From Octopus vulgaris (taxonomy: Eukaryota): 64,000 nt of DNA. The notes beneath the pieces are model-generated. The model had not been told where the DNA came from. It saw nothing but the letters and a program-made list of their open reading frames with translations, and did not search any database. Where the stretch lies: positions 115,134,001 to 115,198,000 of the forward strand of contig OX597820.1 of assembly GCA_951406725.2 (NCBI GenBank), in the 5' to 3' direction. The position numbers were made by a program, and so were the translations under genes. Shown here one piece after another: positions 54,101 to 64,000 of this stretch (position 1 is the stretch's first letter; the number at the start of each line of letters is the position of its first letter).

Positions 54101-57100
54101 CCCAAAAGGATGAAAGGCAAAGTTGACCTCGGCAGAATTTGAACTCAGAACGTAATGGCAGACAAAATACGGCTACGCATTTCGCCCAGGCGTGCTAACG
54201 GTTCTGCCATCTCTCACACACACACATATATATATATATTATATATATGTGTGTGTATATCAGGTTATCAGACAAATTCGTTTTTTCCCATTTATTTTAA
54301 TCCTTATTTTTCATCAATAATTTTAACAAATCAGTGAATAACGTGTTCTTTTTCATTGTTCATGACTACTGGCCAACATTCCACTTGGTTGTCAATGCCT
54401 TAAGGATAGAAACCACCAGGCCATGATTCCGAAAATTCAATGTTTTCACCTCTATGCATCTCTGTCCTCACTGCCCACTATCACCACTTGACAACCAGTA
54501 TTGGTGTGTTTATGTCCCTGTAACTTAGCAGTTCAGCAAAATAGTCCTACCAAATAAGTATTAGGCTAAAAAAAATAGGTTCTGGGGTTGATTCATTTGA
54601 CTAAAATTACTCAAAGCAATGCCCCAGCATGGCCACAGTCTAGTAACTGAAACAAGTAAAGGATAAAAGATGGGGGCAAGCACTGTAGCGTTAAAGAAGC
54701 ACACTGTCACTGGTCAGGTTGTTTCAGCTGGATTAACTCATTGAGTCAGAGCATTTGCTAAACCTAAAGCCCTGCATAGACTGTGTGGTTGTTTCCAAGC
54801 ACTTTGCAGTAGATTAGCACTTCCCACCAAATGCAGATCACTATCTCATGTGGATGTCACTTTGGCTCAGTCAGAAGTGTTGCTTGCCTTTCAGGATGTA
54901 CTCATTCTTTCCTCTGCTTTATGTTGATCTAAAGACACTATTTTTCGTCACCAGAGACCATGCAATAAAGAAGTCTCTGTGTTCTTAAGTAGCCTGGTGT
55001 CAAATGAGTAAACTGGTGGTAACAGGGGGTGGGGTGGGGTGCTAGATTTTGTCTCTTTTGTTTGAAGCCTGTGACACTCATGCACTGTTTGAAGGTGATG
55101 GGTGATGATATTGTGAAAGCAGCCCATTTATTGGACCCATTCTCTTGTGGATTAGATAGTTTAATCAATTTTTATTGAACTGAACAGGTCAGCCAGAACA
55201 CGGAAATTCTGTGAGGTCCAATTCCCACCCATCCACTCTTGAAGTGTGGAAACTATTTCTAGGCAGTTCTTTCAGTATTAGCACCTTCTCTGTACACAGC
55301 ACAAAAATCCTTAAGTGGTTCTGGCAGCATTGGGACCTTGACTGAAAGTGAAGAGAAGTAGGTATCGAAAATGTTCACTTTTTCCTACTTAGCAATTTTT
55401 GCTATCAGTAGAGAGAGAAAATTTATTCAAACTTCTAAAAGGATAAACGAAAGTTGTAGAGAAAAACAGCTACAAAAAAAAGAAAGGAAAAAACCCCATA
55501 AAGCTATGATAAGTATATTTTTTGTGTAAATTAAAATAACATTGGAAAGAAATTAACGAATTTATCTAACAAGTCCAATATACAAATATATGCACATGCA
55601 TTCATACATACATATATATTTAAATATATATATACAAACACACTTATACACATGTGCATGCATACCTACATACATACACCATCATTATGATTGTTGTTTT
55701 AATGTCCACTTTTCCATGATTGCATAAGACAGACAGAATTTGTTGAAACAAATTTTCTATGGCTGGATGCCCTTCCTGTCACCAACCCTCACCTGTTTCC
55801 AAGTATAGTAATATTTCCTCATGGCTAGACATGTTTTTCACAGAAAACTGGAAATGAACAACATCACCTGTATGACAAAGCTGCTTGTTTACAACCAGCA
55901 TGTTACATCAGGAAAAGGGTACACACACACACACACAAGAGAAAAGAACATGGGCATAACTTGATTCTTTTATATTTCAACTGTTACTTATGTTTCAGTA
56001 TTTAGTGACATATAACATCACACTATAGCTGCAACCAGTAGATGCAGCTTATAGGACCGGAGTCAGAATAAGGCTTGAATACATCCATGGGATCTTTTCA
56101 CTTTGACCGGCAGATTTTTAAAATAATTTCCACGTAACTAAACACTTTTAAACTTCGTATACTGGTAGAATGTGTTTATAAAACATCTTTTTCTCTTGGC
56201 TTTCTTGAGAAAATTCTGTAGTTTGTAACATATTTGTTGTTTAATTTCTTGCATTTCAGCAATTTCAACCAATCTGCCGGTCAAAATGAAAAGATCCCAT
56301 GGATGTATTCAAGCCTTATTCTGACTCCCTTAGCAATTAGGAGACTTCAAAGTTTTTATTGAAGTAGCAATGAAAAGAATTCCTGAGAAGATATACAACA
56401 TTTATATGCATTAGTCGGTGTAGAAAATTAGTAAATTTTAGAGAGTAAATTACTCTGAGATGCCACTCGCACGGAAAACAACGGGGAAGTTAGCGTAAAT
56501 GTACTCAATGTAGTCAGAATTAAAAAGAGAATTAAAAATAAAGCGGGGAGATAACTCTACTAAAACGAAAGTTATAGTGAGTTACTTCTCTTAGAGATAA
56601 AATACAAAAGCAATTGGAACGCTTTACAGAATCAAAATCGAAATAGAAAGAAAATATCGTTGGTACCAACCATTAATCACAATATCTATTTTTCCGAATT
56701 TCTGCAGTGCTTTATCAACCGCGTTTTGAATTTCATGGGGCTGAAACGAGTAAAAATATACAAAACTCTGAACACCTTTTCAAACTCCACCCGTCTAACA
56801 CCCGTGGACATATTTACAAAGTCAGAAAACAGCAGAGCTACCATGACTTTAGGAAACCTTTTTTCACGCTAAGAGTTGCTGAAGCATGGAACAAACTGCA
56901 GGCATCAGTTGTTAGTTGTCGGAGCACTGCATCCTTCAAAACTTCCATGCTTTCTGAGATTCGCCAACACTACACCTGATTTTCTCCCCTCCATACACAC
57001 GCAAGCATGTATCTGACTCATACATTGTTCGCTTCCCAGACATTTTTACATTACTGCATATGCTTTATATGCACTTTCTGACAAGTTGTGGTGCACCTGA

Positions 57101-60100
57101 GCACTGTATACAATAATTTCATTATTATTATTATTATAAAAGAGTTACAAAAATTCTATGGCATGCAGAATAAAAGAGCAAGGTTCATTCTATTGCAAGT
57201 ATTCGAAACAGAATTTTGAACCTATTCTTCGTTTTCCATGCAGACAAGACATGTTCTGTTTGGGCATCATTCGTATTCCAACCCTTGAGCGTGTACAGGC
57301 ATCATAACCATCGCCTCACTTCTCTATAGTCACTTATAATATATAAAATAACATCATCATCATTGTTGTCTCCGTGGATTTAAGGGCCACTTTTCAATAC
57401 TTGCATAGGCCAGACGGAATTCATTGAACAGATTTTTCTGCGGCTGGATGCTCTTCTTGTCATCAACCCTTACCAGTTTCCAAGCAAGGGGATATTTCCT
57501 TAAGGCCGGACATGTTTTCCGTGGAAGACTGGGAACAAACAACCTCACTTATATGGCAGTGATAATCACTTACAGTCATCCTGTAGTGCCCGAGATAAGG
57601 GTACACACAAATGCTTACTTACCAGCGACAGGTTTCTTTTGCTTTGTGTCAACCAAATCCATTCACAAGGCTTTGTGTCGGCCAGGGGCTCCAGTAGAAG
57701 ATACTTGTCCAAGGTGTCGTGCATCGGGACTGAACATGAAACAACATGGTTGGGAAGCAAATTCCTTAACCACACAGCCATGCTTGTGCCTTTGTAAGTA
57801 TTTAATTATGACCCTTTATCTTCTAAGTTTAAATGTTACAAATTTTGTAAATTTACTTTATCAATTTCTGTGATCAATAAAATGATGAACAATCCATTCT
57901 GGAACTGCACCACACTGTAGGCAATTGTCTAATTGCAAACTAATTTGTTTGTGTTGACTTAAACCAATTAAGCCAATAGCTTTAGATTCCATCTGGCCCT
58001 GACAATATCCAGTTTGACAGTTTTGATACCTGTGTAATTACATCTTCCATTGTTATGCATACATGATCCTGTATAGGAGCCTCAGTGTAATGGAGTTTGG
58101 ATCTCACAGAATGAATCTACTCAGTACCATAGTTGTGACAAAACTCTCTTGCTCCCAGTCAGTATTCCAAAACTGGTAGGTTTCCTCTGTTTCAGGGGGT
58201 ATATTATCTTCTGTCACCACCTAAGTTCTTAAAAAACTGCCTGGTTATTTGTGAATGACCTGTTTTGATGGAACTGTGTGATATGCGATCAGTATAGGAT
58301 TTCACTTGCAATGTTCTTGCTTGAATACGTTCTTTTAGGGTTTTGATAATAGTTTCTAGATGACATTTTGTTTCAAGATATGCCTTCACACCTTCTTTAG
58401 TATGTTTCCAAGGATCTTTTCACTTTGACCGGCAGATTTTTAAAATAATTTCTTTGTAACTAAACACTTTTAAACTTCGTATACTAGTAGAATGTGTTTA
58501 TAAAACATCTTTTTCTCTTGGCTTTCTTGAGAAAATTCTGTAGTTTGTAAGCTATTTATTGTTTAATTTCTTACATTTCGGCAATTTCAACCAATCAATG
58601 ACGTCTATTGAGGTGAATACAATTTCTCCAGATCTTTATCAACAAACAAATAGCTTACAAACTACATAATTTTCTCAAGAATGCCAAGAGAAAAAGATGT
58701 TTTATAAACACATTCTACCAGTATACGAAGTTTAAAAGTGTTTAGTTACAAAGAAATTATTTTTAAAATCTGCCGGTCAAAGGGAAAAGATCCGTTTCCA
58801 ATGTCCTTTCGACCATTCTTTTATGCAACTCAGATCTTTACACACGGTTTTAATATCACCTTTGATTCTCTGCTTCCATTATGGCTTCTTGCGTCTGCTT
58901 GATTTCCTCTCTGTTTTTTCCAACCAGTTCACATACTAAAATCGAAGGGGATCTAATCAAGTCCCTTGTTTCTGATAGATCTTTCATTGAAATATCCCAT
59001 TAACCTTTTGGTTAATGGGATATCAGTATCCCATTATGGATTGCACATTTCACACTGACACATTAGCCATTCAAAGCATCTTAAATTCACCAGCTCTGTT
59101 TCTGCTCTTATCATAATAAATTTCCTCAAGTCATCATTAGATCCTTCTGTTCCTCAGTCATACCCTCTGGTAATACAGGGTCCTCTACATTATATCGATA
59201 CTTTTCCACTCCTCCATACACATCCCTCTCTTCTACTACACTTTCACTTTGCCTATTTATCCGCTGATCTTCAACTACGTTATCCTCCTCAAGGTTATCA
59301 TTACCACAGACGCATTTCCCGATTGTCTGCAGAAAGCCTCTATTCTGAATCATTATCTGATTCCTGAGCCCATTTTCAGTAACCTGGAACATACCCAGCT
59401 GGTTCCAAAGTTCTAATGATCTTTTTCCAATAGCTTTACATTAGCCATTCCTCTTGTATAGCAAGGCTTCTTCATGGCACTTAATTGCATTTTTGGGATC
59501 TTTTCGGTTTGAATGGCAGTTTTTAACATAATTTCTAGGTAACTAAAAAATTTTAAACTTCGTATACTGGTAGAATGTGTTTATAAAACATCTTTTTCTC
59601 TTGGCTTTATTGAGAAAATTCTATAGTTTGTAAGATATTTGTTGTTTTTTTCTTCAATTTCTGCAATTTCAACTAATCACTGACGTCTATTGAGTTAAAA
59701 AGCATTCTGTGCCGTATGAATATATCCCTCGTTTAAGAAACAGATTGGGTTTATTTACATTTGTGAAGAAAAAAAGATACCCTTCCCCCACCCCAACCCT
59801 AAAAGAGATTGAAATGCAATAGATCGATTCTAGGGTCATAATTATGGGTGACAATTTCATATGACACCACTAGAAAAAACTGCCGGTCAAACCGAAAAGA
59901 TCCCATTTTTGTTTATATCAACAAGCCACATGTGTTTGTGAGCACGTTGCATATTTTAACCAGTAAAAAGACCACAAGTATGTGGAGCCTGGTCTTCCAC
60001 TCCATTGCCCTCTGAGGGGCTCTTGCTGGGAATGGGAGATCTGGTGTCTTGGACATCCAGGGGAGTCTCCCCATTCACACTGTTATTTGGATTGGTATTA

Positions 60101-63100
60101 GTTATCATCATTGTAATGAATGAAAGTGATTTCCTACAGAGTTTGCTTCCTGAGTGTATTTAATTGAGATTTTCATGAAAAGGACTACCCCAAGTATAAC
60201 ACCAACTCTAACTTAGTTGCCAGCCAAAGATTAACGATCCCAAGTTTGCCCTGTGTGACTTGCTGCAGGATTCCCACAGAAGCAGAGGTTACACTGACGT
60301 ATGCGGGACACGGGTGGCACCAATTCCCTGAGCTGTTTTGTGCCGTTCACTGCCACCATCATGATCATCATCAAGGCAGTGAACTGGCAGAATTGTTAGA
60401 ATGCTGGACAAAATGCTTAGTGGCATTTTGTTCTTTATATACTGAGTTCAATAATACAGTTCTACATTTAAGAGATGAGGAATTATGTACATTATTTACA
60501 ATTGACAGATATTTGTCCTCAACAAACAAGTTGAGGACAAATATCCGTCAATGGTAAATAATGTATACTGAGTTAAAATTCCAACAAGATCAACTTTGCT
60601 TTTCATCATTTTGGGGTTAGGTGCTGGGGTCGATGTAATTGACTAGCCTGCTCCTACCAAATTTCAGGACTTATGTCAATAACAAAAAGGATTATTATTA
60701 TTGTTATCATTATTACTTCTAAGGTGGCAAAATTGTTAGCATGCCAGGTGAAATGCTGCTTTCAGGGTTGATGAAATAAGTACCAGTTAAGCACTGGGGC
60801 TGATGTAACTGACTTATCTTCTCCTCCAAAATTGCTGGCCTTGTGCTAAAATTTGAAACCATTATTATTATTACTTCTAACACTGGCTCAAAATCCTGTA
60901 TTTTTGGAGTGCATGTAATCAAATAAATTTACTCACAGAAAATTACTGTAACATGTTAATACGACCATAGTAATTAAAGGATAGAGTTGAATTGAAATGA
61001 AATCTTTCCACAGGATCAGATACCCAAACCTATGTCCTTTTACAAAAACTGACTCCTCTATATACTTCCCTTAACCACAATTTCTTGTTCCTCTCATCAA
61101 ACCTAACAAGTGTTAGCATCTCTCTCTTTCCCACTCTCACTCCACTGCTTCTAAACAGTTCCTATGACCAACTCCTACTCCTTATTACTTCCCTGACTGA
61201 ACAGCGAAAAGAACAGTGAACAACAGAAATAATGTTTGTAGTGCAGTTTTACCTTCCTTACGTCTGCCTGGATAGGGAGACACTGTTTGCCTGTAGCTTT
61301 CTCTAGAATTTCTGCAGATTTAACCAATTTCTCCAGTTTGCGACTGGCAATCACAGTATCACAGTTGTGTCTGAAATGGAGACAGAAGTTACTGTACAGA
61401 TATCAGATATTGAAGCGGATATGAGAGCGAAGGGAAATATTTTGCAATGGTTTAGTGAAGGGAGAATGAAGGGCAGATCACTAAAACTTTTGAGGGTATT
61501 TTAAAGGGAAAAGGAGGATGAAGCTACAAGTAAGGGGTTGCTATTTACTACAGTCATGGTATATGGCCATGCTAGTAGTGGTCAGTGGCCATAGGTGAGT
61601 CTACCAGCAAGCAGGGCAACATTAAAAGATGTTATTATCAGCACCAAGCTCCAGCCATACCTTATATCTAAGGTTTCTATAAGTCAGGTTTTACTATGCC
61701 TGTGCATCTGGAAGGGTCTTCAAAGTGGTCCATGCAGCAAATCTCTCCTCATTCCACTGCCAATATCATTCAAGTGAACGATAATAGTTGCTGTAGGTGA
61801 ATTCAGTTTGAAAAGTGCCAGAACAAGAACTGGAAGGCATTTTGTTTAGATTTTACCAATTCAATGACACAAGCATAACATTTTCGTTGGTGGAGGAGAG
61901 TGTATCAGCCACAATATTGGACTCAGAAGGATGAAAGGCAAAGATGACTCTAGTGAGATTTGAACTACGAAAATAAAGACATTTTATTGAAACCCAAACC
62001 ATTCTGCCATAGATATCAGAAATAGGCTAACCTTTACAATGATACAAATCTCTTAAAGGTTAATAGCTACGTCAAAACTAGGTCAACTTTCATAGTTATA
62101 GCAGTCACATAAAGAGGGCTATACAATGACAGTGTAAATAGACCAACTCTCATAATAACCTCAGAAAGAGGGTGATATGTATAACCAGTAATTCCTGTTC
62201 CGAAGAAACTAATTTCCAGTCATAGTCTATAACAGTAAAGCATCTTATAGTGTTATCCACAATATTCTTGATTCAACGTATGTTATTCAAAGTGGCCGCT
62301 CTCTCTCTGATCATCAAATGCGCATGCCCTTTATATCAAGGGAAGTCACTCAAATCATAGCACAATTTGCACAACAGAGGGCATAGCAATCATCATCGTT
62401 TAACGTCCGTTTTCCGCGCTAGCATGGGTTGGACGGTTCAACTGGGGTCTGGGAAGCCAGGGGCTGCACCAGGCTCCAGTCTGATCTGGCAGAGTTTCTA
62501 CAGCTGGATGCCCTTCCAACCACTCCGCAAGTGTAGTGGGTGCTTTTTACGTGCCACCTGCACAGGTGCCAGGGGGGTCTGGCATCGGCCACAAATCGGT
62601 TGGAGCTTTTAACGTGCCACCAGCACGGAAGCAAGCCAAAGCGGTGCTGGCAACAGCCACGTTCGGATGGTGCTTTTTATGTGCCAGTCGGGGCGGCGCT
62701 GGCATCGGCCACATTCGGATGGTACTTTTTATGTGCTACCGGCACAGAAGCCAGCCGAGGCGGTGCTGGCAACGGCCACGTACGGATGGTGCTTTTTATG
62801 TGCCACCGGCACAGGTATCACAACTACTATTTCCATTGATATTTATTTCGATGTTCATGTACTTGACTCAACAGGTCTCCTCAAGCACAGCGGGACATTC
62901 TGGGATCCAGGGTACTTTGAATGGGCAGGGGGCTATGCGGAACTGGTGCAGGAAGCAGCCCGGGTCTTTGCAGTCACAGCATATCTCCAGAGATCTTGGT
63001 CCTTCGCCATTGCCTCAGTGAAGCCTAATGCTCTGAGGTCATGCTTGACTACCTCATCCCATGCCTTCCTGGGTCTACCTCTCCCCCTGATACCTTCAAC

Positions 63101-63487
63101 TGTTTGGGAGTGGCACTTCTTCACACATCTCTCCTCATCCATCCGCAGTACATGACCATACCATTGCAAGCGTCGCTCTTGCACACCACATCTGATGCTT
63201 CTTATGTCCAGCATTTCTCTCAGGGTGCTTACACTCTGTTGTGCGTGCACACTGACATTACACATCCAGTAGAAATAGGTTAACATTCATAATAACTTCA
63301 GAAAGAGGACTATACAATGATAGTAAAACTAGGCTAACATTCATTATAACACTGACTTTATAAAGAAGGTTAATAATAATAATACAACCAATCAGTTACT
63401 CTCGTTTTTGATACACACCTCATAAAGATCTCAGCGATGGTAAAACATATTCCACTTCCACCTCCAGTGATGAATGCTACCTTGTTC
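47899..63487 (-). CDS. DECR2: Peroxisomal 2,4-dienoyl-CoA reductase (SDR family); 7 exons in the window, first exon missing
   Basis: GT-AG exons 63419-63487, 61253-61370, 56671-56740, 52899-53023, 51158-51251, 50039-50143 and 47899-48116 join in frame: [13 protein letters not shown]...[33 protein letters not shown]...HVGAAK...EWGPNGVRV...ADGGQWM...PAKL (PTS1). Confidence 0.93.
48842..49195 (-). mobile_element. CR1-clade LINE 3' fragment
   Basis: HGHIYKVRK...[18 protein letters not shown]; (ATT)n tail. Confidence 0.8.
50039..50143 (-). CDS. DECR2: DECR2 internal exon (105 nt)
   Basis: [24 protein letters not shown]...; cag| and |gtatgt. Confidence 0.9.
50715..51094 (-). mobile_element. CR1-clade LINE 3' fragment
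   Basis: [10 protein letters not shown]...[10 protein letters not shown]; near-identical to 48842 and 56764. Confidence 0.8.
51158..51251 (-). CDS. DECR2: DECR2 internal exon (94 nt)
   Basis: [31 protein letters not shown]; tttcag| and |gtaac. Confidence 0.9.
52899..53023 (-). CDS. DECR2: DECR2 internal exon (125 nt)
   Basis: [33 protein letters not shown]; gcag| and |gtgagt. Confidence 0.9.
53072..53559 (+). mobile_element. Non-autonomous Helitron with an internal 19-bp tandem array
   Basis: A|TC start; hairpin gacccggcgttgccgggtc; CTAG end; (agctgtatatgcatgcact) x ~8. Confidence 0.8.
56090..56297. mobile_element. Merlin-type MITE, internally deleted, with an inverted flank duplication
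   Basis: TIRs ggatcttttcactttgaccggcag; same family as 58412 and 59496. Confidence 0.75.
56671..56740 (-). CDS. DECR2: DECR2 internal exon (70 nt, not in ORF track)
   Basis: [23 protein letters not shown]; tttcag| and |gttggt; phases match both neighbours. Confidence 0.88.
56764..57136 (+). mobile_element. CR1-clade LINE 3' fragment
   Basis: [21 protein letters not shown]...; (ATT)n tail; inverted relative to 50715. Confidence 0.8.
57880..59480 (-). mobile_element. Degraded R4/Dong-like LINE fragment
   Basis: [16 protein letters not shown]...[22 protein letters not shown] and ENGLRNQI; interrupted by a MITE. Confidence 0.6.
58412..58793. mobile_element. Merlin-type fold-back MITE
   Basis: GG...CC termini, 8-bp TSD gtttccaa, ~150-bp inverted arms. 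Confidence 0.85.
59496..59903. mobile_element. Merlin-type MITE
   Basis: TIRs ggatcttttcggtttga / tcaaaccgaaaagatcc; 8-bp TSD catttttg. Confidence 0.85.
61253..61370 (-). CDS. DECR2: DECR2 internal exon (118 nt, not in ORF track)
   Basis: [15 protein letters not shown]...[10 protein letters not shown]; tttcag| and |gtaaaa. Confidence 0.88.
62390..63270 (-). mobile_element. RTE LINE 3' fragment in a DECR2 intron
   Basis: [11 protein letters not shown]...GRGRPRKAW; UTR with ~65-nt repeats. Confidence 0.85.
63419..63487 (-). CDS. DECR2: DECR2 exon with the Rossmann motif (69 nt, not in ORF track)
   Basis: [22 protein letters not shown]; tttcag| and |gtgtgt. Confidence 0.88.
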
Positions 63488-63539
63488 CTGAAACAGATAC
63501 CATATATTTTTAAATATTCACATATACAAGTGTGTATTA

Positions 63540-63911
63540 TCTCTCTCTATATATAAACGGCAAAATGTCTGTGTGTGGGTGGGTCCTTTATACAAATCCA
63601 CAATTTTTCAGTTAGAGGGCCCACACTTTCTATGGTCATTCAAAACCGTCCAAGAGTGATCGTGCACATCTTTACATTTCCTCAGTCACCCCGCAAAGCC
63701 ATTAAAAAATCAATAGAAGTGACTTTTGTGTGAATTTTCTATCCAAAACCCAATCAAAATGCCCGAAACTTGATACGCCAATTGAATGCCAGCTAGCTGT
63801 ATGTGATTGGTCAGAGATTTGGACAGTACTTGCGTGTATGTGCGCACACACATGCAGCTGTATATGCACGCACTAGCACTATGACCCGGTGTTGCCAGGT
63901 CATAGTGCTAG
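63540..63911 (+). mobile_element. Non-autonomous Helitron, same family as 53072
   Basis: A|TC...CTAG|T; hairpin gacccggtgttgccaggtc. Confidence 0.8.
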
Positions 63912-64000
63912 TTATTATTATTATAGACGTCACACAGTATACAATATCGTGCAGTTGATGACTAAGGATATTGTGTCTAATGGGGGTCTGTACTGTTTGT

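Noticed and set aside
62538-62815. CRISPR-like recurrence of ggtgctttttaYgtgccaccggcac
   Set aside because: The 'spacers' are homologous to each other. This is a ~65-nt tandem repeat in the RTE 3' UTR found in many copies, with no cas genes and a eukaryotic context.
51158-63487. DECR2 lacks the SDR YxxxK tyrosine and has TGGGSGIC
   Set aside because: Peroxisomal dienoyl-CoA reductases lack the canonical catalytic Tyr, and Cys at this position occurs in homologs. Frame and splice sites are intact, so it is not a pseudogene.

Overview
AT-rich, microsatellite-dense eukaryotic DNA. The repeat landscape (tRNA-derived SINEs, RTE LINEs with (GAT)n tails, long (TA)n/(CA)n tracts) suggests a coleoid cephalopod, probably Octopus; this is inferred, not checked. 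Two convergent lipid-metabolism genes are present. On +, an ELOVL6-like elongase has a single coding exon (3483-4334). On -, a peroxisomal 2,4-dienoyl-CoA reductase (DECR2) has seven exons reconstructed by hand (63487 to 47899, ending in PTS1 -AKL); its first exon lies beyond the window. The rest is TE-derived: RTE, Tx1/L1, CR1 and R4/Dong LINE remnants, three SINE families, Tc1/mariner copies, Merlin-type MITEs, non-autonomous Helitrons and several Penelope-like (PLE) remnants. Main signals: (i) a ~2.5-kb non-coding fold-back element whose near-identical arms each carry a minimal type I hammerhead ribozyme motif, plus decayed hammerheads beside GIY-YIG remnants; (ii) an inverted CR1 pair tightly bracketing three DECR2 exons; (iii) a PHD finger inside an RTE reverse transcriptase; (iv) a SINE tail shared with a Tx1/L1 3' end, and one SINE head carrying four different tails. 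All alignments were done by eye, so TE boundaries are approximate unless TSDs or termini are quoted.
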